Assembly (NCBI GenBank): GCA_964612945.1
Contig: CAZTFR010000002.1
Span: 7,497-71,496 of the forward strand
Origin: an uncultured Thermoplasmatales archaeon
GTDB taxonomy: Archaea; Thermoplasmatota; E2; DHVEG-1
Direction of reading: 5' to 3'
DNA: 64,000 nt
Made by a program: the position numbers and the translations under genes. How positions within the stretch are numbered: the stretch's first letter is position 1; every line of letters starts with the position of its first letter. Below the pieces are notes generated by a model. It was not told where the DNA came from. It was given only the letters and a program-made list of their open reading frames with translations, and did not search any database. This document shows, piece by piece, positions 40,051-48,883 of the stretch.

Positions 40051-40908
40051 TTAGTGGAGAAAGAGGATTGAATACGGGCAGCTCTCCGCTATTTTCTTTT
40101 TCACATCACGAGCGGGAAGACTGAGCAGTGTTTTTTTCTTCTGCTCACGACCAATAATTACCAACTGCGCCTGCATTTTCTTTGCCGCTTTCACCGTTTG
40201 CTTTTCCAAGGACCCTTTTACCAGTTCCACAGGGACGTTTTGTTTCTGCATTGAGGTGACAAACTGTTTTCCACGAATGCGAAGGTCTTCCTCTGATCGG
40301 GGTGATGATCGTCTCCCTGCGACATCCACCTCCACACGATCCTGGGTGTCCACCACATACAGCATCTGAAGCTGCCACTTGAAAAGCCGGGCGAGCTGCA
40401 GACTGATCTCGGGAACCTTCAGGTTAGGGGCAAGATTCGAACACACTGCAAGGGCTTTCTTTACCGGGTGGCCTACATCAACCCAGATGGGAATGGGAGC
40501 ATCTCGAAACAACCGATACTGAAGCGTACATTTTTTATCAAATCCCATGAGAATCAGATCATAGCCATTGTTGCGTACTTCTTGATGAATAACCGTGCTG
40601 AATTCTCCCTGGGAAATCTGCTCCTCGAACGGAATTTCATGTTTTGTAAAGTAGCGTTTGGCATCATCAAACACAATAGAATCAGCAGAATGCACGTATT
40701 GACTGATGATTTCCTTCTGCGTTTGTCGTTGATCATGTGCGGTGCGATAGGACGTTGAGATTTTATCTGTTTGATGTAAGGTTTTCTGCTCAATAATATA
40801 CAGAAGCTTGAACTGGGGTTGAATCTTTTTATGCAGCATCAATGCTGTTTTGAAAAGATTTCGCTGATAAAACTCCGATGAGATCGGAATCAACACATTC
40901 TTAAACAT
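40051..40908 (-). CDS. Tandem universal stress protein (UspA) domain protein
   Basis: Two USP-like halves (VLIPISSE...DLILMG; ...AQLVIIGRE...). Confidence 0.45.
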   Translation of the reverse strand: MFKNVLIPISSEFYQRNLFKTALMLHKKIQPQFKLLYIIEQKTLHQTDKISTSYRTAHDQRQTQKEIISQYVHSADSIVFDDAKRYFTKHEIPFEEQISQGEFSTVIHQEVRNNGYDLILMGFDKKCTLQYRLFRDAPIPIWVDVGHPVKKALAVCSNLAPNLKVPEISLQLARLFKWQLQMLYVVDTQDRVEVDVAGRRSSPRSEEDLRIRGKQFVTSMQKQNVPVELVKGSLEKQTVKAAKKMQAQLVIIGREQKKKTLLSLPARDVKKKIAESCPYSILFLH

Positions 40909-40934
40909 AGCCTACAAACCCTCCATTTCATGTT

Positions 40935-42362
40935 TCAAAGATGCAACACCTCCATCCAGTAGAAGATGGCAACACAAAAGATAATGCCAATACAGATAAG
41001 ATTGGCGATACTACCTGCTTTAAACAAATCACGGGTGGAAAAATACCCAGAAGAATAGGTAATAGCATTTCCCGGGGTAGCAATAACAAGCATAAAGGCA
41101 AGACCACCACTTAAGGCAACAATCATCGAAGCAAGTAGCGGACTAATCCCTGGTACCTCTGAGGCGACCGCAAGCCCTATCGGAAGCAGTATTGCAACGG
41201 CCCCAATATTGGACATGACATTTGTTAATAAAATCGTGATAATAATCAACATAAAAACGAGGATGTATACCTCAGATCCGACAAGGGCAAACAATTGCTG
41301 GGCAACCCAACTACCTGCACCGGTCTGCTGCATCCCAATACCAAGAGTGATCGCACCACCATACAGCAAAATAATGCCCCAGGGCACTCGCTCTTCAATA
41401 TCCCGCCAGGTAATTGTTCCAAACAAAAATAAAAGCACGCCGGAAAGAATCGCAATCACTGCCAGACCAAAGTATTGATACGAGGAAAAAAACACCCATA
41501 ACCCAATGGTTAACACCAATACAGTCAACACAACGACACTTTGCATTGTCATCTTCCCTGCAACTGCAACCTGATTATTAATCTCGTTTTTCGCAAGCGT
41601 GATATCTTTTATTTCAATAGGAAAAATCAGCTGTAAAACAATCCATACCAAAGGAAGAGATAGAAAAACCACTGGCATCGCATACAGCATCCATTCAAAA
41701 AACGAAACCGATACTCCCACATTAGAAAGCGCGGCGATTGTCAAGGGATTCCGTGCACCGCCTACAAGGGTTCCCAGACTGCCGATCGAACACCCATAAG
41801 CAACCGATAGCATACTGACCTTTCCGAAGTTACTCTGCTTGGGAACAATTTTCATCGCGATAAGCACGGAGGCAACAATGGGGAGAAACAAGGCAGCAAC
41901 GCCATGCTCGGGCATAATAAATGATAAAAAGGCACAGATACACATAATGCCCAGCGTAAAAATCCGAGGGCTTAATTCAAAAAACCGCAGAAACGTCAGC
42001 GCAATCCGTCGGTGCACTCCATGTTTTTCGATAGCACTAGCAAGAATAAATGCACCGATTAAAAAGAATACTGCTTGATTTCCAAATGATGAAAATACCG
42101 ATGCAGCGTCACGTACCCCAAATAAGGGTTGGATAATCATAATGAGAAGGCCGGTGACCGCAAGTGGTATCGGCTCGGTGATCCATAAAATTGCGCCCAT
42201 GACAAGGATACCTATCATAATCTTTCCTTCTTGGGTCAATCCTTCGGGTGTTGGCAGGAGGTAAAATAAAAAAACAATGGCAAATGCAAGGATAATGTAC
42301 GAAATATTTTTTTTTTGAAAGATTTCTGGTAGTCCGGACACCGGTGGTTTTGTTGTGGTCAC
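40935..42362 (-). CDS. Anion/Na+ symporter-type permease (ArsB/NhaD / DASS superfamily)
   Basis: 475 aa, ~12 TM, internal repeat architecture typical of the ion-transporter superfamily. Confidence 0.5.
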   Translation of the reverse strand: MTTTKPPVSGLPEIFQKKNISYIILAFAIVFLFYLLPTPEGLTQEGKIMIGILVMGAILWITEPIPLAVTGLLIMIIQPLFGVRDAASVFSSFGNQAVFFLIGAFILASAIEKHGVHRRIALTFLRFFELSPRIFTLGIMCICAFLSFIMPEHGVAALFLPIVASVLIAMKIVPKQSNFGKVSMLSVAYGCSIGSLGTLVGGARNPLTIAALSNVGVSVSFFEWMLYAMPVVFLSLPLVWIVLQLIFPIEIKDITLAKNEINNQVAVAGKMTMQSVVVLTVLVLTIGLWVFFSSYQYFGLAVIAILSGVLLFLFGTITWRDIEERVPWGIILLYGGAITLGIGMQQTGAGSWVAQQLFALVGSEVYILVFMLIIITILLTNVMSNIGAVAILLPIGLAVASEVPGISPLLASMIVALSGGLAFMLVIATPGNAITYSSGYFSTRDLFKAGSIANLICIGIIFCVAIFYWMEVLHL

Positions 42363-42503
42363 AAGTCAACAAATCCCAATTTTTTAATAGAAAGGGATAT
42401 TGTGGTAATCGTTTTTGTTCTTTCCCATTCTTCTCAAAACAATCAGATATGATGTAAGTATGGTGGGTAATATTTATCAAAGAGGCGGTGTTCTTTCTTT
42501 CGG

Positions 42504-42980
42504 ATGCGTCATTCGGTACAGACTGGTTTTAGCTTTGGGTTGACCTCAGGGATTATTACAACTCTTGGTCTTATCGTTGGGTTGTACTCAAGTACCAATG
42601 ATCGCCTTGTGGTTATCGGAGGGATTATTACTATTGCGATTGCTGATGCTTTATCTGATTCATTGGGTATTCATATTTCAGAGGAATCAGAGTGTGTGCA
42701 TACTGTTAAGGAAATTTGGGAGTCTACGTTGGCAACCTTTTTTTCAAAGTTTGTCTTTTCTTCTTCGTTTCTGCTTCCCGTTGTTTTCTGTGATCTTCTT
42801 GTCGCAATTTATATCAGTGTCATCTGGGGTTTTTCCTTGATTGCCGTTTTTAGCTATCTGTGTGCTACACAGCAGAACAAAAGTCCGTGGGAGGCTATTG
42901 TCGAGCATCTGAGTATTGGTACTGTTGTGATTGTGGTGACGTTTCTTGTAGGTCGATGGGTTTCACATACGTTTGGATAA
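42504..42980 (+). CDS. Short VIT1/CCC1-family-like membrane protein
   Basis: GFSFGLTSGIITTLGLIVGL...IAIADALSDSLGIHISEESE resembles the VIT-family TM1/cytoplasmic acidic loop. Confidence 0.4.
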   Translation: MRHSVQTGFSFGLTSGIITTLGLIVGLYSSTNDRLVVIGGIITIAIADALSDSLGIHISEESECVHTVKEIWESTLATFFSKFVFSSSFLLPVVFCDLLVAIYISVIWGFSLIAVFSYLCATQQNKSPWEAIVEHLSIGTVVIVVTFLVGRWVSHTFG

Positions 42981-43042
42981 AGTTTTTACCGGCCAGGGGA
43001 AATATTTATATATCTTTATAAAATTTAATTATATGATTAGAA

Positions 43043-44350
43043 ATGCATGTGAACAGCTCTGTTGTTTTGTTTGTTAATTTTCTTCTGTTTTGTAGTATGC
43101 TCTCTGGGCCTGTTGGTGCCGAATCGTTCTCAACTGATACGATTAATCCTGTGAGTGTGGCGTCATCGTTTATGGAGGAGATTGTGGCACAGGTTGATGA
43201 GTCCTTGGTTCGTATGTATCATGAAAATCTTATGAGCTTTGGCCCTCGTTATACCGGCTCGATTAATTGTACGCTTGCGGGACAGTATTTGTATGAGTGT
43301 TTTGAGGAGATGAATCTGTCTGTTGCGTTTCATGAGTGGGAGTATGATGGGTTTCATAGTCGAAATGTGGTGGCTACTCTTGAGGGAACTGATCCGGATC
43401 GTCATGGATATTATGTGGTGAGTGCGCATTATGATTGCACGCCGGGTTCTCTTGGTGCTGATGATGATGGCTCTGGTGTTGCTGCGGTGCTTTCGATTGC
43501 CCAGATTATGAGTCAGTATCAGTTTAATAATACCGTTCGTTTTATCTTATTTAGTGGTGAGGAGGTGGGAACGTATGGGAGTTTTTCTTATGCCTGTGAT
43601 TGCTATCAGAATGGTGATGATGTTCTTGGAGTGATCAATCTTGATATGATTGGGTATGCAAATACGACGAAAGGGGGTCGTCTTATCCGGTTTCATTCTC
43701 CTAAGCGGTCGGAATGGATTGCAGAGTGGGCATCTGAGGTGAGTATGCGGTATTCTGATCTTCTGCATATGGGTGTGGAGCTTCGTCCGAACTATATTGG
43801 TGCGGATCATCAGGGGTTTGTGCAATTTGGTTATGATGGTGTCTGGATTGCTCATCACGATGGATACCCCTGGGGGAACACTCCGCAGGATACTCCTGAT
43901 CATTTAAACTGGACGTATCAAATTAAGGCAACTCGGTTTTTGCTTGCGTTTGTCGTCGATCTTGCCCGGACATCTATTCCTATTCAGGTGCATCTGCGAA
44001 CGCCTTATGAGGGTTCGTTGTCTCTGTTTGATCGATCGGTGTGGTATCTAGATGGGGGTAAACCTTGGTATTTAGAGCTGCGTGGGGTGACCCTTCTTAT
44101 TGGGGGAGCGACTGCCCTATGTGAGGTGTTTAGTAAAGATCCGGTTGAGCAGGTTATCTTTTGTATTGATGATGATTTTCTCCGTGGGGATTCTCAACCA
44201 CCGTATGAATGGAAGATCCAAGGGAAGTTCTTTCCCCTCATTGGGCGGCATACGTTGCGGGTGTTTGCCTATACGACAACAGGGGAGATGGCCACTGATG
44301 AAATGGATATCTTTATTGTTACCCTTTCCTGTCAATATGGGAGATTTTAA
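43043..44350 (+). CDS. Secreted aminopeptidase, peptidase M28, with C-terminal Ig-like module
   Basis: Signal peptide; M28 zinc ligands (...HYDCTPGSLGADDDGSGVAAVL...FSGEE...); C-terminus PYEWKIQGKF...RVFAYTTTG shared-domain signature. Confidence 0.7.
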   Translation: MHVNSSVVLFVNFLLFCSMLSGPVGAESFSTDTINPVSVASSFMEEIVAQVDESLVRMYHENLMSFGPRYTGSINCTLAGQYLYECFEEMNLSVAFHEWEYDGFHSRNVVATLEGTDPDRHGYYVVSAHYDCTPGSLGADDDGSGVAAVLSIAQIMSQYQFNNTVRFILFSGEEVGTYGSFSYACDCYQNGDDVLGVINLDMIGYANTTKGGRLIRFHSPKRSEWIAEWASEVSMRYSDLLHMGVELRPNYIGADHQGFVQFGYDGVWIAHHDGYPWGNTPQDTPDHLNWTYQIKATRFLLAFVVDLARTSIPIQVHLRTPYEGSLSLFDRSVWYLDGGKPWYLELRGVTLLIGGATALCEVFSKDPVEQVIFCIDDDFLRGDSQPPYEWKIQGKFFPLIGRHTLRVFAYTTTGEMATDEMDIFIVTLSCQYGRF

Positions 44351-45073
44351 ATGAAGAAACAGCACGTGATGCACGCAGGCGGCCTATTGCTTTGTCTGCT
44401 TGTTCTTAGCTCAAGTGGTTTGTCTACTTCTTTTGATGATTCTGGTGGGTCTTGTCGTACTGTTGCATCTGATGAACCTGTTGTTGTGGTGATGGGGTTT
44501 GAACCATTTGATGTCTATAAGGTAAATCCATCGCAGCTTATTGCTGAGGCACTGCAGAATACAACAGTTGTAGATGCTCGTGTTATTGGAGTGGTGCTTC
44601 CTGTGGAGTATGAAGCCTCTGTAGAGCAGGTAGTTGAGGCCATTGAGCAGTATGATCCGGTGTTGGTGATCAGTACGGGTCTGTCTGCAGATGCTAAGGG
44701 TGTGGAGGTTGAAAAAGTGGGGGTGAATCTGAAAACTGTTGTGCGAGATGATGGGCGCTGGTCGCTTCCCCGTCGTATCGATACAAGGGGTCCCTTGTTT
44801 CGTTTGTCTCCTTTTCCAGTGTGGTCGCTTGTTCAGATGTTGTCAGAAAAGGGGATTGCTGCATCAATGAGTGTTCATGCTGGCCTTTATATTTGTAATG
44901 CGGTATTGTACGAGACACTGGGATATATCAGTGAGCAGGAGATGGATCTTCCCTGTGGATTTTTGCATGTTCCTCTGCTTGATTCTCAGGATCCTGAGGG
45001 GATGGCATTGGAGGTGATGATTGATGCTGTGGAGCAGACGATCATCTACCTGCGTACCACCGCTGTTATGTAG
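44351..45073 (+). CDS. pcp: Pyroglutamyl peptidase I (peptidase C15) carrying an N-terminal signal peptide
   Basis: 240 aa; Pcp-like core (VVVMGFEPFD...; Cys in LYICNAVLYE; His in GFLHVP); N-terminal MKKQHVMHAGGLLLCLLVLSSSG signal; starts directly after the M28 stop. Confidence 0.6.
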   Translation: MKKQHVMHAGGLLLCLLVLSSSGLSTSFDDSGGSCRTVASDEPVVVVMGFEPFDVYKVNPSQLIAEALQNTTVVDARVIGVVLPVEYEASVEQVVEAIEQYDPVLVISTGLSADAKGVEVEKVGVNLKTVVRDDGRWSLPRRIDTRGPLFRLSPFPVWSLVQMLSEKGIAASMSVHAGLYICNAVLYETLGYISEQEMDLPCGFLHVPLLDSQDPEGMALEVMIDAVEQTIIYLRTTAVM

Positions 45074-45116
45074 CGTGTTTTGTACGAAAATTTATAAGGA
45101 TTTAGCATCTGTCGGT

Positions 45117-45419
45117 ATGGTGATGAGAGAGCTTACTAAGGCCCAGTTGATTATTGGGTTTCTTGCGTTTTTTTCCACGGTTGTCTTGATCCTTCGTCCA
45201 TCTGAGAACGGGCTCACGCTTATCGATGTCATCGGTAATTTTTTTCTTCAACTCGTGTTAGTCTTGGTGCTTTCCTATGCGGTGCTTGCTCTTCTTGAAT
45301 GGATTCGTTTATTTGAGCTGAAAATAAATGCAGTGTTAACCTATTTATTTCTAGTGACCTTTGTGTATCTTGCCAATTTTGTTAATCTGTTACATGCTGA
45401 TTTGATTGTTTGGTTGTAA
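45117..45419 (+). CDS. Small 3-TM membrane protein
   Basis: Track ORF trimmed to the Met after the pcp stop; hydrophobic throughout. Confidence 0.3.
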   Translation: MVMRELTKAQLIIGFLAFFSTVVLILRPSENGLTLIDVIGNFFLQLVLVLVLSYAVLALLEWIRLFELKINAVLTYLFLVTFVYLANFVNLLHADLIVWL

Positions 45420-46368
45420 GGTGTTGAACGATACTGGTGAGTTCTTGTTGTTCGTTGAGAATGGGTGTTGCGGTGACGGTGAGTGTTTGTTGTATGGAGG
45501 GCTCGTAGAACTCTAGAGTGGTTGCTTGTTTGGATTTATAGACGGTGTTGCAGGGGCAGGAGTCTTTAGGAGTATTGGTGCCATGGACGATCTGCCAGCA
45601 TTTCTTTCCAATGCAGTCTGCGGGTTGTTTGTTAAAAAGCTGTGCGCAGGCTGCGGTGACCCGTTTGATGGTAAAATTGGTGTCCAGGACTAGGATTTTT
45701 TCCTGCAGAAGGTTGAGGGTGATGGTCCATTCTTTGGTGATCTGCTTGAGTTTGTGTTCAAGCATTTTTTCTTCGGTGATATTTTTAATGATAATAGTGA
45801 CGCCGGGTTCTCCGTTGTCGAGGGTGGTGGGGATGTGTTGTATTTCAAGGTGTAGGATGTGGTTGTTTCGGTGTAGCGTGGTTTGCAGTTGGGTTCGTTT
45901 TCCCTCGAGTGCGTGGTAGATGTTGGGGATGAACTCGGGGCGGGAAAAAAGTGATTGGGAGAGGTGTTCGATGTGTTTTCCGATGATGTCCTCTTTGGTG
46001 AGGTCGAGAAGGTCGAGGAGGCCATCGTTTATTTGGATAAATTCAAGGTTTTTGTCCAAGAGTAGTGAGTAATCTGCGGTGATGTTGAGCATGGTGGAAA
46101 GCGGGATGCGTCGTGAGGGAAAGTAGACTTTTGCGGGACCAAAGGTGATCATTTCGGCATGTCCTGAGATGAGTAAGATGTCTAGATATTTGGCTACAGA
46201 GTTGCGGTTGATGCCGATTTCTCGGGCGATATCGGTGACAGTCATGCCTTTCGGGTTGTTTTTTAATATAGCCCGGATTCGTCCTAGTTCCTTTTGATAA
46301 CTCTCCACACAGTCAACATCTGCTGGTTTGTATAAATGCATTTCGTTTTTGCCAACCACTTTTGCCAT
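45382..46368 (-). CDS. Winged-HTH (TrmB/Bat-like) transcriptional regulator with two PAS domains
   Basis: N-terminal MTVTDIAREIGINRNSVAKYLDILLISG HTH, then two PAS-like segments, the second with a Cys cluster CWQIVHG...SCPCN. Confidence 0.55.
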   Translation of the reverse strand: MAKVVGKNEMHLYKPADVDCVESYQKELGRIRAILKNNPKGMTVTDIAREIGINRNSVAKYLDILLISGHAEMITFGPAKVYFPSRRIPLSTMLNITADYSLLLDKNLEFIQINDGLLDLLDLTKEDIIGKHIEHLSQSLFSRPEFIPNIYHALEGKRTQLQTTLHRNNHILHLEIQHIPTTLDNGEPGVTIIIKNITEEKMLEHKLKQITKEWTITLNLLQEKILVLDTNFTIKRVTAACAQLFNKQPADCIGKKCWQIVHGTNTPKDSCPCNTVYKSKQATTLEFYEPSIQQTLTVTATPILNEQQELTSIVQHLTTKQSNQHVTD

Positions 46369-46833
46369 GCAAAAGGGAAAAGTTTTATATACTAAAAATA
46401 TGATACTGCATGTGCCAGGCGTTAATGCAAGGCAAAGAGGGATAGGGATAAAATATGAAACTTACTCGATCCGGCCAGATGGCTGGATATCTTCGTCGCA
46501 CCACATGGCTTCCATCACATCCAGCAAGCCATGTGTTTCTCTCCATCGTGCATCGCATCCCTTTTTTTCCCACTCTCCTGCATGCATTGCCCTGTCATCC
46601 TGGCATACTTTCCTCCTATAAAACCGTGAGGTACCTCCTGAAAAAGCATGCATCCCATCTACCTTTTCCAATAGGGGGTACCTCCCACACCATTTTTTTT
46701 TTTTTGTCAACATCTCTCTTTTGAGAGATCGTTTTAGCAATTGAACTATTCAGATGAAAAAATGAACAGATATCTCTTATGACTATAGTCTTATATATGG
46801 GAGGTAACTATTGGTATTGCTTGGGAGGATAAA

Positions 46834-47586
46834 ATGTTCGGATCTAATTCCTATTTGAGATATATGTCTCTGGCTATGGTTGTTTTACTGTTGGGTGTTG
46901 CAGTAGTACCAAGTATCAACGCGAATGTAGATTCCAAACTTATTGAAATTAAAACAAATTATATTGGCATATCTAGAATAAGACCTCATACTGTAAAACT
47001 TACACAAAAACAAAATATAGAATTGGACCAATTATTTAACAATATTAAAAAAGATTTAGAAAAAGCAGAGAATAGAGCAGAATTAGAAGAATCATTCAAA
47101 AATGCATTTATTCAACTTGAAAAATTTGGCCTTATTACCCATGAAAAACAATCTGTTCAAATAAATAATCGTATTCTAATAATTGGATTTGCACATTGGA
47201 TTGATTTTTTCATTCACCCAGATATTATCTCAAGTGGCATATTTCCCAGGTTTTTCAATTTTTTACATACTCCATCTTTATTAGTATATTTATTACCATT
47301 AAAATTTAATTCAACTATATCATTTGGAACTCGTTCAGGAAGCCTTGGTGGAGGTGCTCTCACTCACGAATCAAATGGTTGGTTATTTTCAACAGATTTG
47401 CATGAGAAAAAGTATTGGAACGGTTCTTTTGTAGGAGGCTTAGATACTATTGAATTTCGGGGTAGTTTTAGTTGGATAATATATTATATTGGAGCAAAAG
47501 GTTTCAAAGGTATTAATATAGCTCGTCCCGAAAGGAATACATTTTTGATAGGAACTGTTGATAATGTAAATTTAGATCAATTCTAA
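46834..47586 (+). CDS. Secreted hypothetical protein (AT-rich gene)
   Basis: 250 aa, signal peptide MSLAMVVLLLGVAVVPSINA; no known motif; has a decayed paralogue immediately downstream. Confidence 0.45.
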   Translation: MFGSNSYLRYMSLAMVVLLLGVAVVPSINANVDSKLIEIKTNYIGISRIRPHTVKLTQKQNIELDQLFNNIKKDLEKAENRAELEESFKNAFIQLEKFGLITHEKQSVQINNRILIIGFAHWIDFFIHPDIISSGIFPRFFNFLHTPSLLVYLLPLKFNSTISFGTRSGSLGGGALTHESNGWLFSTDLHEKKYWNGSFVGGLDTIEFRGSFSWIIYYIGAKGFKGINIARPERNTFLIGTVDNVNLDQF

Positions 47587-47589
47587 ACT

Positions 47590-48130
47590 CAACACCACAA
47601 CAATCATTCTGCTCCTCCTTGGCGTAGCCGTTGCTCCTTTGATGCAGGCAGAACTAAAACTCCACGAATCAGATTATATTGAAGTCCAGACAGAATTCTG
47701 TGGACTTTTTAGAAAACCACACACCACACAGCTTACACAGAATGAGGCAATGGAACTGGAACACCTCATTGAAGACATTGAAAACAGGTTGTTACAGACG
47801 GAGACGCGATAGCAGACAGTAGAAATTTACCATGAAACACTTGACAAATTTCATAACTATGGTTTAATTGAGGATACCTGTTTTAATCAGTTGAAGAGAA
47901 ATATAATTTTTCCCCCTCTGAGAACTATGGTTATTGGTTTTGCCCATTTGATTCACTTTATACTGATACAATATATGTAAATTGGAGGAAAATTCGTTTT
48001 ATAGGAGATCCTAATATTAGGGTCAGGGCAAAAGATATACATGAGACTATTGGCCCATGGGAATATCTAAAAGTTTCTCTTTCCAAAAACTATCCTTCAG
48101 ATAATATTTTCTCCAGGACACGAAATGAAA
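47590..48130 (+). pseudogene. Decayed tandem paralogue of 46834..47586
   Basis: Translation gives LLLGVAVAPLMQAELKLHESDYIEVQTEFCGLFRKPHTTQLTQNEAMELEHLIEDIENRLLQTETR*QTVEIYHETLDKFHNYGLIEDTCFNQLKRNIIFPPLRTMVIGFAHLIHF. This is colinear with ...RPHTVKLTQKQNIELDQLFNNIKKDLEKAE...FIQLEKFGLITHEKQSVQINNRILIIGFAHWIDFF of the upstream gene, but carries an in-frame TAG and frame breaks. Confidence 0.45.
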
Positions 48131-48280
48131 TATATTGCAGTTCACTCAAGAAATAGAAGATATTCTATATAGTAGAGAGTTTTTATTCAATAGAGAATTA
48201 ACAATAAAATACTTGGGATTAAGAAACAACTATTTTCCTTTAAAAATGTTAAAATATGATATCATATATCCAAAAAAACA

Positions 48281-48487
48281 ATGCATTATCAAAAATGGAG
48301 TAAGATGTATACATTCGGCTTTTTTCTGGGAAGTGCTGTTGGAGCTGCAATATTATTGATTCTTTGGTTTCTGGGATTTGACACGTCGATATCCTATTTT
48401 GCTAAACTCTTTTTATTTCTCATCATTGTGATCTCATTTAGTATTGGTGTATGGTATTATGAATTGAGGAAAAATAAAAAAAAATAA
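48281..48487 (+). CDS. Small 2-TM membrane protein
   Basis: 68 aa, two hydrophobic helices, Lys-rich tail; AT-rich. Confidence 0.3.
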   Translation: MHYQKWSKMYTFGFFLGSAVGAAILLILWFLGFDTSISYFAKLFLFLIIVISFSIGVWYYELRKNKKK

Positions 48488-48883
48488 ACTGTGAACTGTA
48501 GAGTATATCACGTGAGTTTAGAAAAAAGATAAATACTTTGAAACAGAGCGTACGTTGGGTAAAAAATGGGTAGAAAAAGATGGCTTGGGGTTTTTGTTGT
48601 GTTTATGATTCTGAATATTATTCTGATTCCAGTGACCATGTTTAATGTTCTATCAATAAATCTTATAGCTTTACATTTGATACGAGGTTGCCTGATATTT
48701 TTTGCTCTCGTTGCACTACTCATAGCAGTTCTATCAAAACAATAATATGATTTTTATTTCGTGGATATTCATAATTAATTCTATAAACGGAGTTTGATAC
48801 GTTCCACTTTTTTCCCCAAGCATCCTTTAACAAAGAAAAAAAGTATATGTACACCAATACATACAACACCTTCAGAGGATCAA

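Noticed and set aside
48135-48359. 74-aa ORF in the AT-rich islet
   Set aside because: It overlaps the decayed paralogue region and the 48281 small membrane ORF. Its composition is driven by AT-richness and it has no motif. Likely non-coding.
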